A DNA stretch of 64,000 nt, from NCBI GenBank assembly GCA_951813255.1, contig OX638353.1, positions 2,155,472-2,219,471 of the forward strand, read 5' to 3'. Positions 39,619 through 50,828 of the stretch are shown piece by piece. The position numbers were made by a program, and so were the translations under genes. Origin of the DNA: an uncultured Dehalococcoidia bacterium. Lineage in GTDB: Bacteria > Chloroflexota > Dehalococcoidia > Lucifugimonadales > JAAXIE01. Within the stretch, counting starts at the first letter, position 1. Every line of letters begins with the position of its first letter. The notes under the pieces were generated by a model. The model was not told where the DNA came from. It did no database searches and saw only the letters and a list, made by a program, of their open reading frames with translations.

Positions 39619-40599
39619 CTACGCGATGCCCAGTTCGGCCTTGAGTTCGCTCACTGCCTGCTGCTGATTACGCAGCTTCCCGATGGCCTCATCCTCTTTC
39701 CGGGTCTTTAGACCACAGTCGGGAGCGATGAACAGCCTGTGCGGAGGCAGGTACTCCAAGGCGCGGCGGATGCCAGCCTTGATGTCTTCCACGGGCTCCA
39801 CCAAGTGGGTGTGGGAGTCACTGACCCCCATGGAGAGGTACTTGGACTCGGGCAGCGGGTGCTCGCGGAACATGTCCAGCAGGTCGTAGTTGCTGTTGGC
39901 GGTCTCCAGGTCGAACATGTCCACTGGCATATTTACCAGTTCATCGTACACCGCAGAGAAGTCGCCGTAGCAGACGTGGGTGATGGTGAAGGCGTCCAAG
40001 CCCTCGGTGACAACACCCAAGGCCCGCGATGCCAGTTCCATCTCCTCAGGACGCGTGGAGACGGCAGGCTCGTCGACCTGTATGTACTTTGCCCCAGCGC
40101 GCTGCAGATCAACCGCCTCTTCATGGACCACCCGGGCCATTTCCATGACGAGGTCGGCGAAGGTGGGGTAATACTCGTTGAAGGACCAGTCGGCCATGGT
40201 GTAGGGGCCCGTGAGCATCGCCTTGACGGGGCGCTCGGTCAGTCCTTGGGAGTACTTCCACCAGTCGAGGGATATGGGTGACGTGCGTCCCACAGGACCC
40301 ACGGCGATGGGCTTGCGGTAGTAGCGGTTGCCATATGATCGCACCAGACCGCTGATGCGAAATCCCTCCATGTGCTCCGAGAAGTAGGTGACCATGTCCC
40401 CGCGGTACATCTCCCCATCCACCAGCACATCCATGTCGAGCTCTTCCTGGACGCGTATCCAGTGCTCGGTAGCCTGCTCCTCCAGCTTGTGAAGCTCCGC
40501 AGCTTCCATGCGGCCTTGGGCAACCTGGTTTCGGGCGCGGAGTATGTAATCGGGCTTGGGATAGCTGCCTACGGCGGTGGTGATAAGTCCTTGGGTCAT
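39619..40599 (-). CDS. Cobalamin-independent methionine synthase II-like protein (short MetE C-terminal-domain homolog, Meth_synt_2)
   Basis: VGSYPKP, TGPYT, IQVDEPA, HVCYG and PDCGLK motifs. 326 aa. Confidence 0.75.
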   Translation of the reverse strand: MTQGLITTAVGSYPKPDYILRARNQVAQGRMEAAELHKLEEQATEHWIRVQEELDMDVLVDGEMYRGDMVTYFSEHMEGFRISGLVRSYGNRYYRKPIAVGPVGRTSPISLDWWKYSQGLTERPVKAMLTGPYTMADWSFNEYYPTFADLVMEMARVVHEEAVDLQRAGAKYIQVDEPAVSTRPEEMELASRALGVVTEGLDAFTITHVCYGDFSAVYDELVNMPVDMFDLETANSNYDLLDMFREHPLPESKYLSMGVSDSHTHLVEPVEDIKAGIRRALEYLPPHRLFIAPDCGLKTRKEDEAIGKLRNQQQAVSELKAELGIA

Positions 40600-41570
40600 G
40601 ACAACACCTCCTGGGCCTGCTTGGCGCCTTCGACCAAACGGACCAGCTTTTCTCTAGCTGTAACGCGGGGCAGGAACTCCAGTCCTGCGCTGGGGCTCAG
40701 GTAGAGCCGGTCCAGGGATACGTGCTGGGAGATGCGGCGGACGTTGTCCACCAGTTGGTCGACGGTCTCCATCTTGGTATTGCGAGCATCCATGACACCT
40801 GCCGCCAACTCCCGATCATCGGGCAGATGCTGCAGGACATCGTAGTTCTTGCTGCCCATCACGAAATCCAGCCCGAAGACCTTGAAGGGCAAGCCGAAGA
40901 ACTGCTTCTCGATGCCCGCGATGTCCTTGAAGAAGGTGCAGATGCCCGTCTTGGTGGTGAGGCCAGCGGTGAGCGCCTCTGAGGCACGCTCAAGCAGCCC
41001 TATGTCCTGCTTGGCGGCTAGAATGCACGGCTCGTTGAACTGAATAAAGGGGGCGCCTGCCTCCTGAAGGGCTAGGGCTTCTTTGTTCAGGGCATGGGCC
41101 AAGTCCATCACCAGCGAAGGAAGATCATCGTAGCAACCCAGTTGGGAGAGGGCAGCCAAGCTGTAGGGGCCGGTGACGACGGCCTTGACGGGGCGGGAGC
41201 TTTGGGCGCTGGCATATTCGTACCAGTGGACCGAGATGGGCTGCGCCCACTCGATTTTCTCGCGAGGCATTGGCTGTCTATAATAGGTATTGGTGTCGAA
41301 ATAACGGATCAATCCGGTGATTTCGAAACCATTGAGGCCACGTGCGAAGGGGGTCTGACCGTCCTCCCAAGCTATTTGACCATCGGTAGGGAGGTCGATA
41401 CCGGCGTCGATCTGCTCCCGGATCACGTCGGAGGTGACATCGCGAATGACCCGCTCCAAGTCCTCCCGGCTGCTGGCGCCGGTATCCATCTGCGAGATAG
41501 TGCGTCGGATATTGGGCCCATCGGAAGTGGGCGAGAGTTTTGGATGGTTTCCAATTACGGTAGTTAGCAA
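40596..41570 (-). CDS. Second, paralogous short MetE-like (Meth_synt_2) protein
   Basis: VIGNHPK, TGPYS, IQFNEPC and SPSAGL motifs. 324 aa. 4-nt overlap with the downstream paralog. Confidence 0.7.
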   Translation of the reverse strand: MLTTVIGNHPKLSPTSDGPNIRRTISQMDTGASSREDLERVIRDVTSDVIREQIDAGIDLPTDGQIAWEDGQTPFARGLNGFEITGLIRYFDTNTYYRQPMPREKIEWAQPISVHWYEYASAQSSRPVKAVVTGPYSLAALSQLGCYDDLPSLVMDLAHALNKEALALQEAGAPFIQFNEPCILAAKQDIGLLERASEALTAGLTTKTGICTFFKDIAGIEKQFFGLPFKVFGLDFVMGSKNYDVLQHLPDDRELAAGVMDARNTKMETVDQLVDNVRRISQHVSLDRLYLSPSAGLEFLPRVTAREKLVRLVEGAKQAQEVLS

Positions 41571-41706
41571 AAAACGCTCCTAGTTGGCGGATATCGTAAC
41601 TGGGGCATTCTAGTACCTATTAGCAAAGGCTTCAACCTCGGCCTTGGTGTGACAATCGCCGCGACATGCTAGAATCCCAGCGAGATAATCATCGAGAGGC
41701 AACCTC

Positions 41707-42249
41707 ATGGCCAGAAACTACTGGATGGTGGTGCTCTCTCCGGAGAACTTCGCCATCACCCGTCAACAGAATTTCTCCCTTCAAGGATTGAAGGGGCAGC
41801 AGGGCCGCAAGGTACAGAGGGTAGGTCCCGGGGATCGGGTGCTGTTTTACCTGTCGCAACAGCGCTGCTTCGCCGCCGCCGCCACGGTCACCTCGCAATG
41901 CGTCGAGGCCAGGGATCTGCCGTGGCTGGTGGAAGACAACACCGAATGGGCTTACAAGTTCGGAATCCAGCCCGATTGCGTGCTGGCGCCCGAAGACTAC
42001 ATGGAAGCGCACTACATAGCCCCAAGGCTGGACTACGTTAAGAAGTGGATACCCGAAGAGTGGTATCTGGCCTTCCAAGGCAACCTGCACCTGCTGCCCA
42101 AGAAGGACTTCCAGCTTCTGGAAGACGAGATGCGAAAGGTGCACCGCAAGCGGTCCAGTGGGAGGTCCGGCGAACGCCGGTACCGCCCTCCCGCGGCTGC
42201 CGCAACCGGCACGAGCCCCGCAACGGCAGCCACCGCCGCGGAAGACTAG
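41707..42249 (+). CDS. EVE/PUA-like domain protein
   Basis: N-terminal NYWMVVLSPENF...GDRVLFYLS pattern resembles the EVE domain (YWLxKSEP...GDxVxFYHS). Confidence 0.5.
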   Translation: MARNYWMVVLSPENFAITRQQNFSLQGLKGQQGRKVQRVGPGDRVLFYLSQQRCFAAAATVTSQCVEARDLPWLVEDNTEWAYKFGIQPDCVLAPEDYMEAHYIAPRLDYVKKWIPEEWYLAFQGNLHLLPKKDFQLLEDEMRKVHRKRSSGRSGERRYRPPAAAATGTSPATAATAAED

Positions 42250-42267
42250 GACATTCAACTGGCGCCG

Positions 42268-42993
42268 ATGCCAATGGCACCCACGCCGGCTGGGTCCCGC
42301 GAAACCCAGCCCACAGCAGCGTTGATCGCATCGCGCTTTCTGCACCGCCTCAACCGATTTGCCGCCTTGGTGGACCTGGGTGGCCGCGAAACTCTGGTGC
42401 ATGTGGCCAACTCGGGTCGTATGCGGGAGCTTCTGGTGGTGGGCAACGTGTGCTGGCTGCGCCCTGCCGCTGGCGAGCACCGCAAAACTGCCTACGACCT
42501 CGCCTTGGTGGACATCGGCCACACCCTCGTCTCCGCCGATGCGCGGCTACCCAACCACTTGGTGCATCGCGCTTTTCGTGAAGGACGACTGGCCCAATTC
42601 GCCGATTACGACGAGTGTCACCCCGAGGTCACTTACGGCGATAGCCGACTGGACCTAGCCTTGCGTGGTCCGGGCGGTGCCTGCTTCGTGGAGACCAAGT
42701 CCGTGACCCTGGTGGAAGAGGGCGTTGCGCTATTCCCAGACGCCCCCACGACCCGTGGGCGGAAGCATGTGTTCAGCTTGATGAATGCCACGGCCGAGGG
42801 ATACCGCGCCGCCGTGCTCTTCGTCATCCAGCGCGAAGACGCCAAGTCTTTCAAACCCCACGATAGTGCTGACCCTGCGTTTGGTCAGGCCCTGAGGCAA
42901 GCGGTGGAGGCAGGAGTGGAGACGCATGCCTACACCTGCAACGTGTCGTTGGACGAGGTCCGCTTGCTTGAGCCTGTGGAGGTGCGGCTCTAG
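42268..42993 (+). CDS. sfsA: SfsA-family DNA/RNA nuclease (sugar fermentation stimulation protein homolog)
   Basis: RFLHRLNRFAALVDLGGRETLVHVANSGRMRELL and downstream motifs match SfsA. The true start may be downstream of 42268, which has a Pro-rich leader. Confidence 0.75.
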   Translation: MPMAPTPAGSRETQPTAALIASRFLHRLNRFAALVDLGGRETLVHVANSGRMRELLVVGNVCWLRPAAGEHRKTAYDLALVDIGHTLVSADARLPNHLVHRAFREGRLAQFADYDECHPEVTYGDSRLDLALRGPGGACFVETKSVTLVEEGVALFPDAPTTRGRKHVFSLMNATAEGYRAAVLFVIQREDAKSFKPHDSADPAFGQALRQAVEAGVETHAYTCNVSLDEVRLLEPVEVRL

Positions 42994-42995
42994 TC

Positions 42996-43703
42996 ATGCC
43001 ATCAGAGGTCGTGGAGCAGCACATCGACCTGATGGAGGTATTCCAGCGACTGTACAACGAGTACGGGCCGCAGCACTGGTGGCCCGCCGACAGCCAACTG
43101 GAGGTGGTACTGGGAGCGATTCTCACCCAATCGGCGGCATGGGGCAATGTGGAGAAGGCTTTGTCCAGCCTCAAGGAAGGCGGTGGCTGGTCGGCGGGCG
43201 CTCTGCGGGATGTGCCCGAAGAGCACCTGGCGGAACTCGTGAGGTCATCAGGTTACTTCAACGCCAAGGCCCGAAAGCTCAAGGCCTTCATCTCTCACCT
43301 GTGGCAGCAGCACGATGGCGACCTGCAGGCGATGTTGTCCCAAGGGGGCGCAACTCTGCGGGAGGAACTGCTCTCCATCCACGGCATCGGCGACGAGACT
43401 GCCGACGACATCCTCCTCTACGCGGGTGAACACCCCTACTTCGTCATCGACACCTACACGCGGCGCATACTGGACCGCATGGGAATCATGCCAGACGCTC
43501 CCACCTATGCCGGGTATCAACGCCTCTTCCACCACAATCTTCCCACCGATGCGCCCTTGTACAACGAGTACCATGCTCTGCTGGACCGGCATGCTAAGGA
43601 GGCCTGCCGGAAGTCGCTGCCTGCGTGCCAGTCATGCTGCCTGCGGGACATCTGCGCCACGGGACGTAATGCGCTGGTGGAAGCCGCCCGGCAAGAGAAG
43701 TAG
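42996..43703 (+). CDS. HhH-GPD superfamily base-excision DNA glycosylase (endonuclease III-like) with a C-terminal 4-Cys cluster
   Basis: HGIGDETADDILLYA helix-hairpin-helix/GPD region. C-terminal CRKSLPACQSCCLRDIC FeS-type loop. Confidence 0.65.
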   Translation: MPSEVVEQHIDLMEVFQRLYNEYGPQHWWPADSQLEVVLGAILTQSAAWGNVEKALSSLKEGGGWSAGALRDVPEEHLAELVRSSGYFNAKARKLKAFISHLWQQHDGDLQAMLSQGGATLREELLSIHGIGDETADDILLYAGEHPYFVIDTYTRRILDRMGIMPDAPTYAGYQRLFHHNLPTDAPLYNEYHALLDRHAKEACRKSLPACQSCCLRDICATGRNALVEAARQEK

Positions 43704-43752
43704 ATGGTGGGCATCACTATGCCCCAATGGAGAAGGCTGTGACTGAACGCAT

Positions 43753-44316
43753 ATGAACTGGACGCATATGAGTAGATTTCACCGAGACCTGACGCCCGCC
43801 GCAGCTCTCACCGCTTACGCCTTCGTCTTCGTAGCCGTGTTCGCTTGGGCCTACCAGGACACCGCCATCGCCGGAGTCGTCGATGGCGGATGGCTCTGGC
43901 GACTGTGGCACATAGGCACATTGGTAATCGCCATCATCGGTGTCACAGCAGCGTGGCTGGTGACCAAAAACTGCCCTTGGGTACGTGGCGTGGGACTGTG
44001 CGTATTCACGGTCGCTGTCTTCCTTAACGCATATCACGGCGACCTGTTCGGCATCTACTCCGGCACCATATGGCATACGGCGAACTCCCTCTTCATCGGC
44101 TTCACCAACCTGGCAGCGGTTGTCCTCTTGCGTCGGCGTGACTACCTTCTGGCCATTGCCGTGATTGTCATCGGCTATGGCATTCGCATAAACGGCCTGC
44201 TATTCGATGTACCAGTAATATGGGATATCATGAACCCCTTGATCATGTTGACGGCATTGGCCTGCGCAGTCGATGCCTTTCAAACCAAAACCGCCCCGGA
44301 GGAACCTGTCTCCTGA
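43753..44316 (+). CDS. Hypothetical polytopic membrane protein (about 5 TM)
   Basis: Hydrophobic segments throughout, no recognizable motif. Confidence 0.4.
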   Translation: MNWTHMSRFHRDLTPAAALTAYAFVFVAVFAWAYQDTAIAGVVDGGWLWRLWHIGTLVIAIIGVTAAWLVTKNCPWVRGVGLCVFTVAVFLNAYHGDLFGIYSGTIWHTANSLFIGFTNLAAVVLLRRRDYLLAIAVIVIGYGIRINGLLFDVPVIWDIMNPLIMLTALACAVDAFQTKTAPEEPVS

Positions 44317-44394
44317 CCCCTAAGGCAAATGCCGGCCCTCTTCTGAGAGAGACAACACACAACCAAGCCGGAATCTGGCCAAGCGAGGAGCAAG

Positions 44395-45348
44395 ATGGCA
44401 CTGCTGCTGACCGACGCCCAAGTACGAGAAGCCGTGACCATGGACGCGATGATGGACGCCGTGGAGGATATGCACCGCCACTACGCCATGGGCGAGGCCG
44501 TCCTAGCCGAGAGGCGCAACGTCATCATCGGCGACAGCCAGCTTGCCCTCATGGGCGGTGGCCTCACATACCTCGGCCTCTACGGCTCCAAGACCTACAC
44601 CACAGTTGGAGGTCGCCAGCAGTACCACGTCACCCTGTACGACGCTTCCACTGGACGACTCATGGCCTTCATTCACGCCAACTGGCTCGGCGCCCTCCGC
44701 ACAGGAGCCACCACGGGCGTCGCCGTGCGCCTACTCGCCAATCCTGACGTGAGGGTCCTCGGCATGATCGGCACCGGCTACCAAGCCCACACCCAGGTGC
44801 TCGCTTCCACCCGTGCCCGCCGCTTCGAAGAGATCAAGGTCTTCAGCCGCCGCCCAGACCCCCGCAACGCCTTCGCCCAAGAGATGACGCAGGCTTTGGG
44901 CCAGCCAGTCCGGGCCGTGGAGAGCAGCCAAGAGGCGGTCGAGGGCAGTGATGTCGTGGTCTGCCTCACCGTCACCAGAGACCCGGTGCTGGACGGTGCA
45001 TGGCTGGAACAGGGCGCCTTGCTGGTCAGCGCTGGACCGGTCACCGTGGACCGCCAGGAAGTTGACCGCACCAGCGTCATGCGGGCCGCCCATATCATCG
45101 TCGACTCCATAGAGCAGGCACCCTATGAAGCAGGCGAACTGCTGGCAGCCGTGAACGACGGCGATATCACATGGGAGCAGGTGCTCACCCTACCCCACGT
45201 AGTCGCTGGCATGAGCCCCGGCCGCACCAGCCCCACCGAGAACATCTACGTGAAGCACTTCGGCATCGGCGTAGTCGACATCGTCGCCGCCAAGCTCGCA
45301 TATGACGAGGCCACCAAGCGCGGCATCGGGCTGGAAGTCGATATCTAG
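44395..45348 (+). CDS. Ornithine cyclodeaminase/mu-crystallin family protein
   Basis: 317 aa, Rossmann-like GMIGTGYQA motif. N-terminus typical of OCD/ketimine reductase. Confidence 0.7.
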   Translation: MALLLTDAQVREAVTMDAMMDAVEDMHRHYAMGEAVLAERRNVIIGDSQLALMGGGLTYLGLYGSKTYTTVGGRQQYHVTLYDASTGRLMAFIHANWLGALRTGATTGVAVRLLANPDVRVLGMIGTGYQAHTQVLASTRARRFEEIKVFSRRPDPRNAFAQEMTQALGQPVRAVESSQEAVEGSDVVVCLTVTRDPVLDGAWLEQGALLVSAGPVTVDRQEVDRTSVMRAAHIIVDSIEQAPYEAGELLAAVNDGDITWEQVLTLPHVVAGMSPGRTSPTENIYVKHFGIGVVDIVAAKLAYDEATKRGIGLEVDI

Positions 45349-45482
45349 CCCTAGGACGACTCGGCACGACCAGACGCGAGGTGCCCTCCCCATGGAGTCT
45401 CTACGTCTTTCTCATGTGCCCCAAGTCTTCACCAAGGCCCAGGTTCTTCAGAAAGGCCCAGGTTTTTAGAAAGGAAGAAGCA

Positions 45483-46310
45483 ATGCTGCCAAGTGAACTT
45501 TGGCGCAAGATGGTGGAAGAAGAGCACGCCCAGTCTGACGCCCGGCGCGGGCCGGAGCCGCCGCCTGCGGACCACTGGGCCCCCTTTGCGGCCAATTTTG
45601 CTGCCGACCCCCGCCGCTCCGACGACCAACTGATCGGCCCGCTGGGACGTGACCTCGAACCCACGGACACGTTGATGGACGTCGGGGCGGGTGGCGGACG
45701 CCATGCCCTGCCTCTGGCCCTGCGTTGTCAACAAGTGGTTGCGGTGGAGCCATCACCCAGCATGTGCGCCGTCCTTCTGCAGTTGACCTCGGCCCACAGC
45801 ATCAAGAACGTCACCATCGTGCAGTCCACGTGGGAGGACGCGGAGGTCGAGCCCGTGGATGTTGTCATCAGTTGTCATGTGGCCTACGTGGTACGGGACA
45901 TTGCCGGTTTCCTGCGCAAGATGGACGCCCATGCCCGCAAGATGGTGCGCATCATCCTGTACCCCTTCTCGCCCCAATCTGAGGGCTTCGAGATCTGGGA
46001 GAGGGTACACGGCGACAAGCGGCTCTCTCTGCCGGGACTACCACAGTTGTTGGACGTGATGGAGGAGCTGAAGATACCCTTCGAGTCGGAGCCTCTGAGC
46101 GCGAACCATCCCCGTACCTACGCAACGCCGCAGCAAGCCTTGGAGCAGACCGCCCGCAGGCTATACGTCCAGCCGGGCGACCCCAAGATGCGCGAAATCG
46201 AATTGGCCTTCGAGGAGTTATTGATCGAGGAGGACGGAGGCTACCGCATCAAGGGGGCGCCGGTGCTGGTTCCCCACATGGTGTCGTGGAAACCGTCTAC
46301 GGCCCGCTGA
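45483..46310 (+). CDS. Class I SAM-dependent methyltransferase
   Basis: [16 protein letters not shown] motif I. ATG at 45483 follows AAGGAAGAAG. The ORF-track start at 45381 is unlikely. Confidence 0.65.
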   Translation: MLPSELWRKMVEEEHAQSDARRGPEPPPADHWAPFAANFAADPRRSDDQLIGPLGRDLEPTDTLMDVGAGGGRHALPLALRCQQVVAVEPSPSMCAVLLQLTSAHSIKNVTIVQSTWEDAEVEPVDVVISCHVAYVVRDIAGFLRKMDAHARKMVRIILYPFSPQSEGFEIWERVHGDKRLSLPGLPQLLDVMEELKIPFESEPLSANHPRTYATPQQALEQTARRLYVQPGDPKMREIELAFEELLIEEDGGYRIKGAPVLVPHMVSWKPSTAR

Positions 46311-49300
46311 GGTAGGCAGTCACCGGTTTCACACTGTAGTAGCGGTTCCCCATCGTCAGGCTCTCCACCGCAGCCCGCGCCGTATCCAGCGAGGTGAAAC
46401 AGGGGATGCGCCTCTCGGCAGCAGCCCGCCGTATCTCGAACCCATCGCGCAGCACGGAAGCATGCTGGGAGATGGTGTTCACGATGGCCTGCACCTCCCC
46501 CCGCTCCGTGACATCTACCACATCAGGATGCCCCTCGCCAATCTTGAGAGGAACATACGCGACTTCGCACCCCAAGGCCTGCGCCATGGCGGCAGTGCCT
46601 TCAGTAGCGTAGATGGGAGTCCCGGCTTCCGCCAGCCCGCGTACCAGAGGCACCGCCTCCGATTTGTCCCTGTCAGCTATCGAGAGCAGCACCGGCCGGT
46701 CAGGACGCAGCGTGAGGTTGGCCGCTGTCAACACCTTGCCCAAGGCTCCTTGGAAGGTGTGGTCAATACCCATGACCTCTCCCGTCGACTTCATCTCCGG
46801 GCCCAGGAACCAGTCTACCCCCGTCAGCTTCGACATGGAGAACACCGGGGCCTTGATCCCCACAACCCTCTGGCGCTTCCACAGTCCTCCGCTATAGCCC
46901 AACTCCTTCAGCGTCCTCCCCAGCATCACCTTTGTTCCAATGGAGGCCACCGGCAGCCCCGTCACCTTCGATATAAAGGGAATTGTGCGACTGGCTCGCG
47001 GGTTTACTTCCAGGATGTAGACCTCGTGGTCGTCCGTGTCGCTGCCATCGCGCATGCGCGGGCTGCGGTAGGCTTCTCCGCCCAGTATGACCACCTGCAG
47101 ATTGAACAGGCCCCGCACACCCAGTCCCAGACCCACACGGGTCGTGTAGTCCACGATGGTGTCAACTTCCTGCTCGGTTAGGTTCAGCCCGGGGTAGATG
47201 GCCATGGAGTCGCCCGAGTGCACTCCCGCCCGCTCGATGTGCTCCATGATGCCCGGCACTAGCACCTGCTCACCATCGCAGATGCCGTCCACCTCAACCT
47301 CTTTACCCTCCAGATACCGGTCCACCAGAATCGGCCTGCCCTGCCCCACCTCCGTTGCCATCGTCAGGTAGCGGATCAGCTCAGAAGCGCTCTCCACAAT
47401 CTCCATGGCTCGTCCGCCCAGCACATAGCTTGGCCGGACCACCACGGGATACCCCACCTCCTGCGCCACCCGCAGCGCCTCCTCCACTGATGTCACCGCC
47501 GAACCCGGAGGTCGGGGTAGCCCCAGCCGGTTCAGGAACGCCTCGAACTTGTTCCGGTCCGAAGCACGGTCAATCGTATCGGCGCTCGAACCCAGCACCG
47601 GCAAGCGGGCCTTGGAAAGCCCCTGCGACAGGTCGATCGCCGTCTGCCCTCCGAATTGCACTATGGAAGGCGGCGCATCCCCGCCCACGCTCTCGTTGTC
47701 CAGCAGGTCTCGCACCGCTTCATCATCCAGCGGCTCGAAGTACAGCCGGTCGCTCGTATCAAAGTCCGTCGATACCGTCTCAGGGTTGGAGTTCACCAGA
47801 ATGCTCTTGACGCCCTGCTCCTGCAGCGCCCAAGCAGCATGCACGCTACAGTAGTCAAACTCTATGCCCTGCCCGATCCTGATCGGTCCGCTCCCCACAA
47901 CTAATGCCCGCGCCCCCTCCAACGGCGGCGCCTCATTCTCCTCTTCATAGGTGGAATAATAGTAGGGAGTAGCCGCCTCGAACTCGGCAGCACAGGTGTC
48001 CACCATCTTGTATACCGGCCTGATCCCCCACTGCCTGCGCAGGCTCCTCACCCGCTCCGGGTCGACGTCTGACAACGCACCAATCTGTCGGTCCGCAAAC
48101 CCTAGGCGCTTCGCCTCCCACATCAGTTCCCGCGTCAGTCGACGGCTCAGCAGCAGCCGCTCCATCCCCTCAATCCGCGCCAGAGCACTCAGGAACCACA
48201 AATCAATGCCCGTGCTCTGGGCGATGGACACCACGTCTTTACCTCGGCGCAACGCGCTCATCAGTCCCCACAAACGCTGGTCCGTCGGGGCTAACCCGTC
48301 GGCGCTCTGGGTGTTCGCGTCTTCCCACAACAGCGACCGGCCCCCAATCTCCAGCGACCGCACCGCCTTCTGCAACGCCGCCTCAAAGGAGCGGTCAATT
48401 GCCATCACCTCCCCGGTCGCCTTCATCTGCGTGGTCACCGTCCGGTCGCCCGTGGGGAACTTGTCGAAAGGCCACCTCGGTATCTTGACCACGCAGTAGT
48501 CCAGCGCAGGCTCAAACGCCGCCATCGTCTGCTGCGTGACCGCATTGCTTATCTGGTCCAGTGTCCGCCCTACCGCAATCTTGGCCGCTACCCGGGCAAT
48601 CGGGTATCCCGTGGCCTTGCTCGCCAGCGCCGAACTCCGGCTCACTCTGGGGTTCACCTCAATGATGTAGTACTCTGCCAACTCCTCATTTAGCTTGGGC
48701 AATGAGTCGCGCACTACCGGATGTGGGGCCAGCGCGAACTGCACGTTGCATCCGCCCTCCACTCCCAGCGCACGGATAATCCGCAGGCTGGCCGAGCGGA
48801 GCATCTGGTATTCTTTATCCGTCAGCGTCTGGCTGGGGGCCACCACGATGCTGTCCCCCGTATGCACCCCCAGCGGGTCCAGATTTTCCATGTTGCACAC
48901 GGTGATGCAGTTGTCCGCCCCATCCCGCATCACCTCATACTCGATCTCCTTCCATCCAACCAGCGACCGCTCCAGCAGCACCTGGCTCACCGGGCTGGCC
49001 TCAAGCCCCCGCCGCACCACCTCCTCGAACTCCTCTTGCGTATGCGCAATGCCCCCGCCCGTACCCCCAAGAGTAAAAGCAGGACGCACCACCAAGGGCA
49101 GACCCAACTCATCCAGTGCCCGGCGCGCCGCCTCCATGGTCGAAACGCAGTCGCTGGGCAACACCGGTTCGCCCATGTCCGCCAGCAAACGGCGGAACCT
49201 GTCCCGGTCTTCAGCATCCTCAATCGCCCGCAACGGAGTCCCAAGCAATCGCACCTTGTGGTGCTCCAGCACGCCCGCCTGCGCCAGGTCCACCGCCAGA

Positions 49301-49584
49301 TTCAGCCCCGTCTGCCCCCCCAGCGTGGGCAGCAACCCCTCCGGCCTCTCCTGCGCGATGATCCGCTCAATCACCTCCACCGTCAGCGGCTCTATATAGA
49401 CGATGTCTGCAATGCCCGGGTCGGTCATGATCGTTGCAGGGTTGGAGTTGACCAGCACCGTGGTCACTCCCTCCTCCCGGAGCGCCTTGCAGGCCTGTGT
49501 CCCCGCATAATCAAACTCAGCCGCCTGCCCAATCACAATGGGCCCGGAGCCGATCACAAGCACCTTGCTAGGCATCTGAGCCAT
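46297..49584 (-). CDS. carB: Carbamoyl-phosphate synthase large subunit
   Basis: [32 protein letters not shown]-terminus, duplicated ATP-grasp halves, ~1095 aa. The ORF-track start at 49650 would overlap carA, so the ATG at 49584 is preferred. Confidence 0.9.
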   Translation of the reverse strand: MAQMPSKVLVIGSGPIVIGQAAEFDYAGTQACKALREEGVTTVLVNSNPATIMTDPGIADIVYIEPLTVEVIERIIAQERPEGLLPTLGGQTGLNLAVDLAQAGVLEHHKVRLLGTPLRAIEDAEDRDRFRRLLADMGEPVLPSDCVSTMEAARRALDELGLPLVVRPAFTLGGTGGGIAHTQEEFEEVVRRGLEASPVSQVLLERSLVGWKEIEYEVMRDGADNCITVCNMENLDPLGVHTGDSIVVAPSQTLTDKEYQMLRSASLRIIRALGVEGGCNVQFALAPHPVVRDSLPKLNEELAEYYIIEVNPRVSRSSALASKATGYPIARVAAKIAVGRTLDQISNAVTQQTMAAFEPALDYCVVKIPRWPFDKFPTGDRTVTTQMKATGEVMAIDRSFEAALQKAVRSLEIGGRSLLWEDANTQSADGLAPTDQRLWGLMSALRRGKDVVSIAQSTGIDLWFLSALARIEGMERLLLSRRLTRELMWEAKRLGFADRQIGALSDVDPERVRSLRRQWGIRPVYKMVDTCAAEFEAATPYYYSTYEEENEAPPLEGARALVVGSGPIRIGQGIEFDYCSVHAAWALQEQGVKSILVNSNPETVSTDFDTSDRLYFEPLDDEAVRDLLDNESVGGDAPPSIVQFGGQTAIDLSQGLSKARLPVLGSSADTIDRASDRNKFEAFLNRLGLPRPPGSAVTSVEEALRVAQEVGYPVVVRPSYVLGGRAMEIVESASELIRYLTMATEVGQGRPILVDRYLEGKEVEVDGICDGEQVLVPGIMEHIERAGVHSGDSMAIYPGLNLTEQEVDTIVDYTTRVGLGLGVRGLFNLQVVILGGEAYRSPRMRDGSDTDDHEVYILEVNPRASRTIPFISKVTGLPVASIGTKVMLGRTLKELGYSGGLWKRQRVVGIKAPVFSMSKLTGVDWFLGPEMKSTGEVMGIDHTFQGALGKVLTAANLTLRPDRPVLLSIADRDKSEAVPLVRGLAEAGTPIYATEGTAAMAQALGCEVAYVPLKIGEGHPDVVDVTERGEVQAIVNTISQHASVLRDGFEIRRAAAERRIPCFTSLDTARAAVESLTMGNRYYSVKPVTAYLSGP

Positions 49585-49603
49585 TGCGGGGGATGGACTT
49601 GAA

Positions 49604-50707
49604 TCAGGCACTGCTGACCATTTCCAAGAACCGGTCAAACATATGCTCATTGTCCAGAGGCCCAGGCGAAGCCTCCGAGTGATACTGGATCGTCAGCAGC
49701 GGGTAGTCCCGGTGGCTCAGACCCTCCACCGTCCCGTCATTTATGTTCACCTGCATGACCTGCAGTCCGCCCTTCACCGATTCCGCATCCACCGCATACC
49801 CATGGTTCTGCGCCGTGATGTACACCCGCCCGGTCGCCAGATCCTTCACCGGATGATTCGCTCCCCGGTGCCCAAACTTCAGCTTGAACGTACTGGCCCC
49901 CAGAGCCCGCGCCAGAAGTTGGTGTCCAAGGCATATCCCCAGCACCGGCACCCGCCCCACCAGCCTCCGGCATTCATCCACCGCATAGTCCAGCAGCGCA
50001 GGGTCCCCCGGCCCAGGCGACACCACCACTCCGTCCGGCTTCAGCCCAAGGATTTCATCCGCACTGGTGGCCGCCGGCACCACTGTCACCCGGCACCCGC
50101 GTCGCGCCAGGTTCCGCAGGATGTTGTACTTCAGCCCGCAATCCGTCACCACGATCCGGGGCCCCGGCCCGTCCGCGTCTCCATCCCCCCACTGGTACGA
50201 CTCCCGTGTGCTTATCCCCGCCACGAAATCGGTGCTATCGTACTGGGGCCCTTCCAACACCCTGGAAAGCGCTTCCTCCGGCTCGCTCGCCCCCAAACTT
50301 CCCATCATCACACCCTGCGTCCTCAACCGCCTCGTGATGGCCCGAGTATCCACGTCCCATATCCCCGGCACCCCCTGCGACGCCAGGTACTCATGCAAAG
50401 TCATATCGCTCAGCCCATGGCTCGGCGTCGCACAATGCTCCCGCACCACCAGACCCGCCACCTGAATCCGCGCCGACTCCACATCCCGCGCATTGATCCC
50501 ATAATTCCCCGCCAGCGGGTACGTCAACACCACAATCTGCCCAGCAAAAGACGGGTCCGTCAGCATCTCCTGATACCCCGTCATACCCGTACCGAACACC
50601 ACCTCCCCAAAAGCCTCACCAGCCGCGCCAAAAGCGCGGCCAGAAAACACGGACCCATCCTGAAGAACCAAATACGAAGGGCTGGTCATAAAGCGTACAT
50701 CCACCAT
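49604..50707 (-). CDS. carA: Carbamoyl-phosphate synthase small subunit (glutamine amidotransferase)
   Basis: [19 protein letters not shown]-terminus, GICLGHQLL catalytic Cys region. The true start may be the internal ATG (MTSPSYL...) at ~50689. Confidence 0.9.
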   Translation of the reverse strand: MVDVRFMTSPSYLVLQDGSVFSGRAFGAAGEAFGEVVFGTGMTGYQEMLTDPSFAGQIVVLTYPLAGNYGINARDVESARIQVAGLVVREHCATPSHGLSDMTLHEYLASQGVPGIWDVDTRAITRRLRTQGVMMGSLGASEPEEALSRVLEGPQYDSTDFVAGISTRESYQWGDGDADGPGPRIVVTDCGLKYNILRNLARRGCRVTVVPAATSADEILGLKPDGVVVSPGPGDPALLDYAVDECRRLVGRVPVLGICLGHQLLARALGASTFKLKFGHRGANHPVKDLATGRVYITAQNHGYAVDAESVKGGLQVMQVNINDGTVEGLSHRDYPLLTIQYHSEASPGPLDNEHMFDRFLEMVSSA

Positions 50708-50708
50708 T

Positions 50709-50740
50709 CGTCATTCCCGCGAAGGCGGGAACCCACGGCC
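50709..50740. repeat. Single copy of the REP-like palindromic unit CGTCATTCCCGCGAAGGCGGGAACCCACGGCC, immediately upstream of carA
   Basis: Identical to units in the arrays at 53094-54442. It forms a TTCCCGC-GAAG-GCGGGAA hairpin with a GNRA tetraloop. Confidence 0.85.
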
Positions 50741-50828
50741 AAGACCGCCAAGCAACCAACTCTCACGCAGGCCGTCCCGTTTTGTCCCTTGCTTGGTGCC
50801 AAGGCTATGGAGAGTTCCTTCACAGGAA

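Noticed and set aside
41689-42522. Minus-strand 277-aa ORF
   Set aside because: It is antisense to the well-supported EVE and sfsA genes. Its translation is Gly/Arg/Ala-rich without motifs.
49585-49650. N-terminal extension of carB (track start 49650)
   Set aside because: It would overlap the carA 3' end by 46 nt. The conserved CarB N-terminus ([20 protein letters not shown]) begins at the 49584 ATG.
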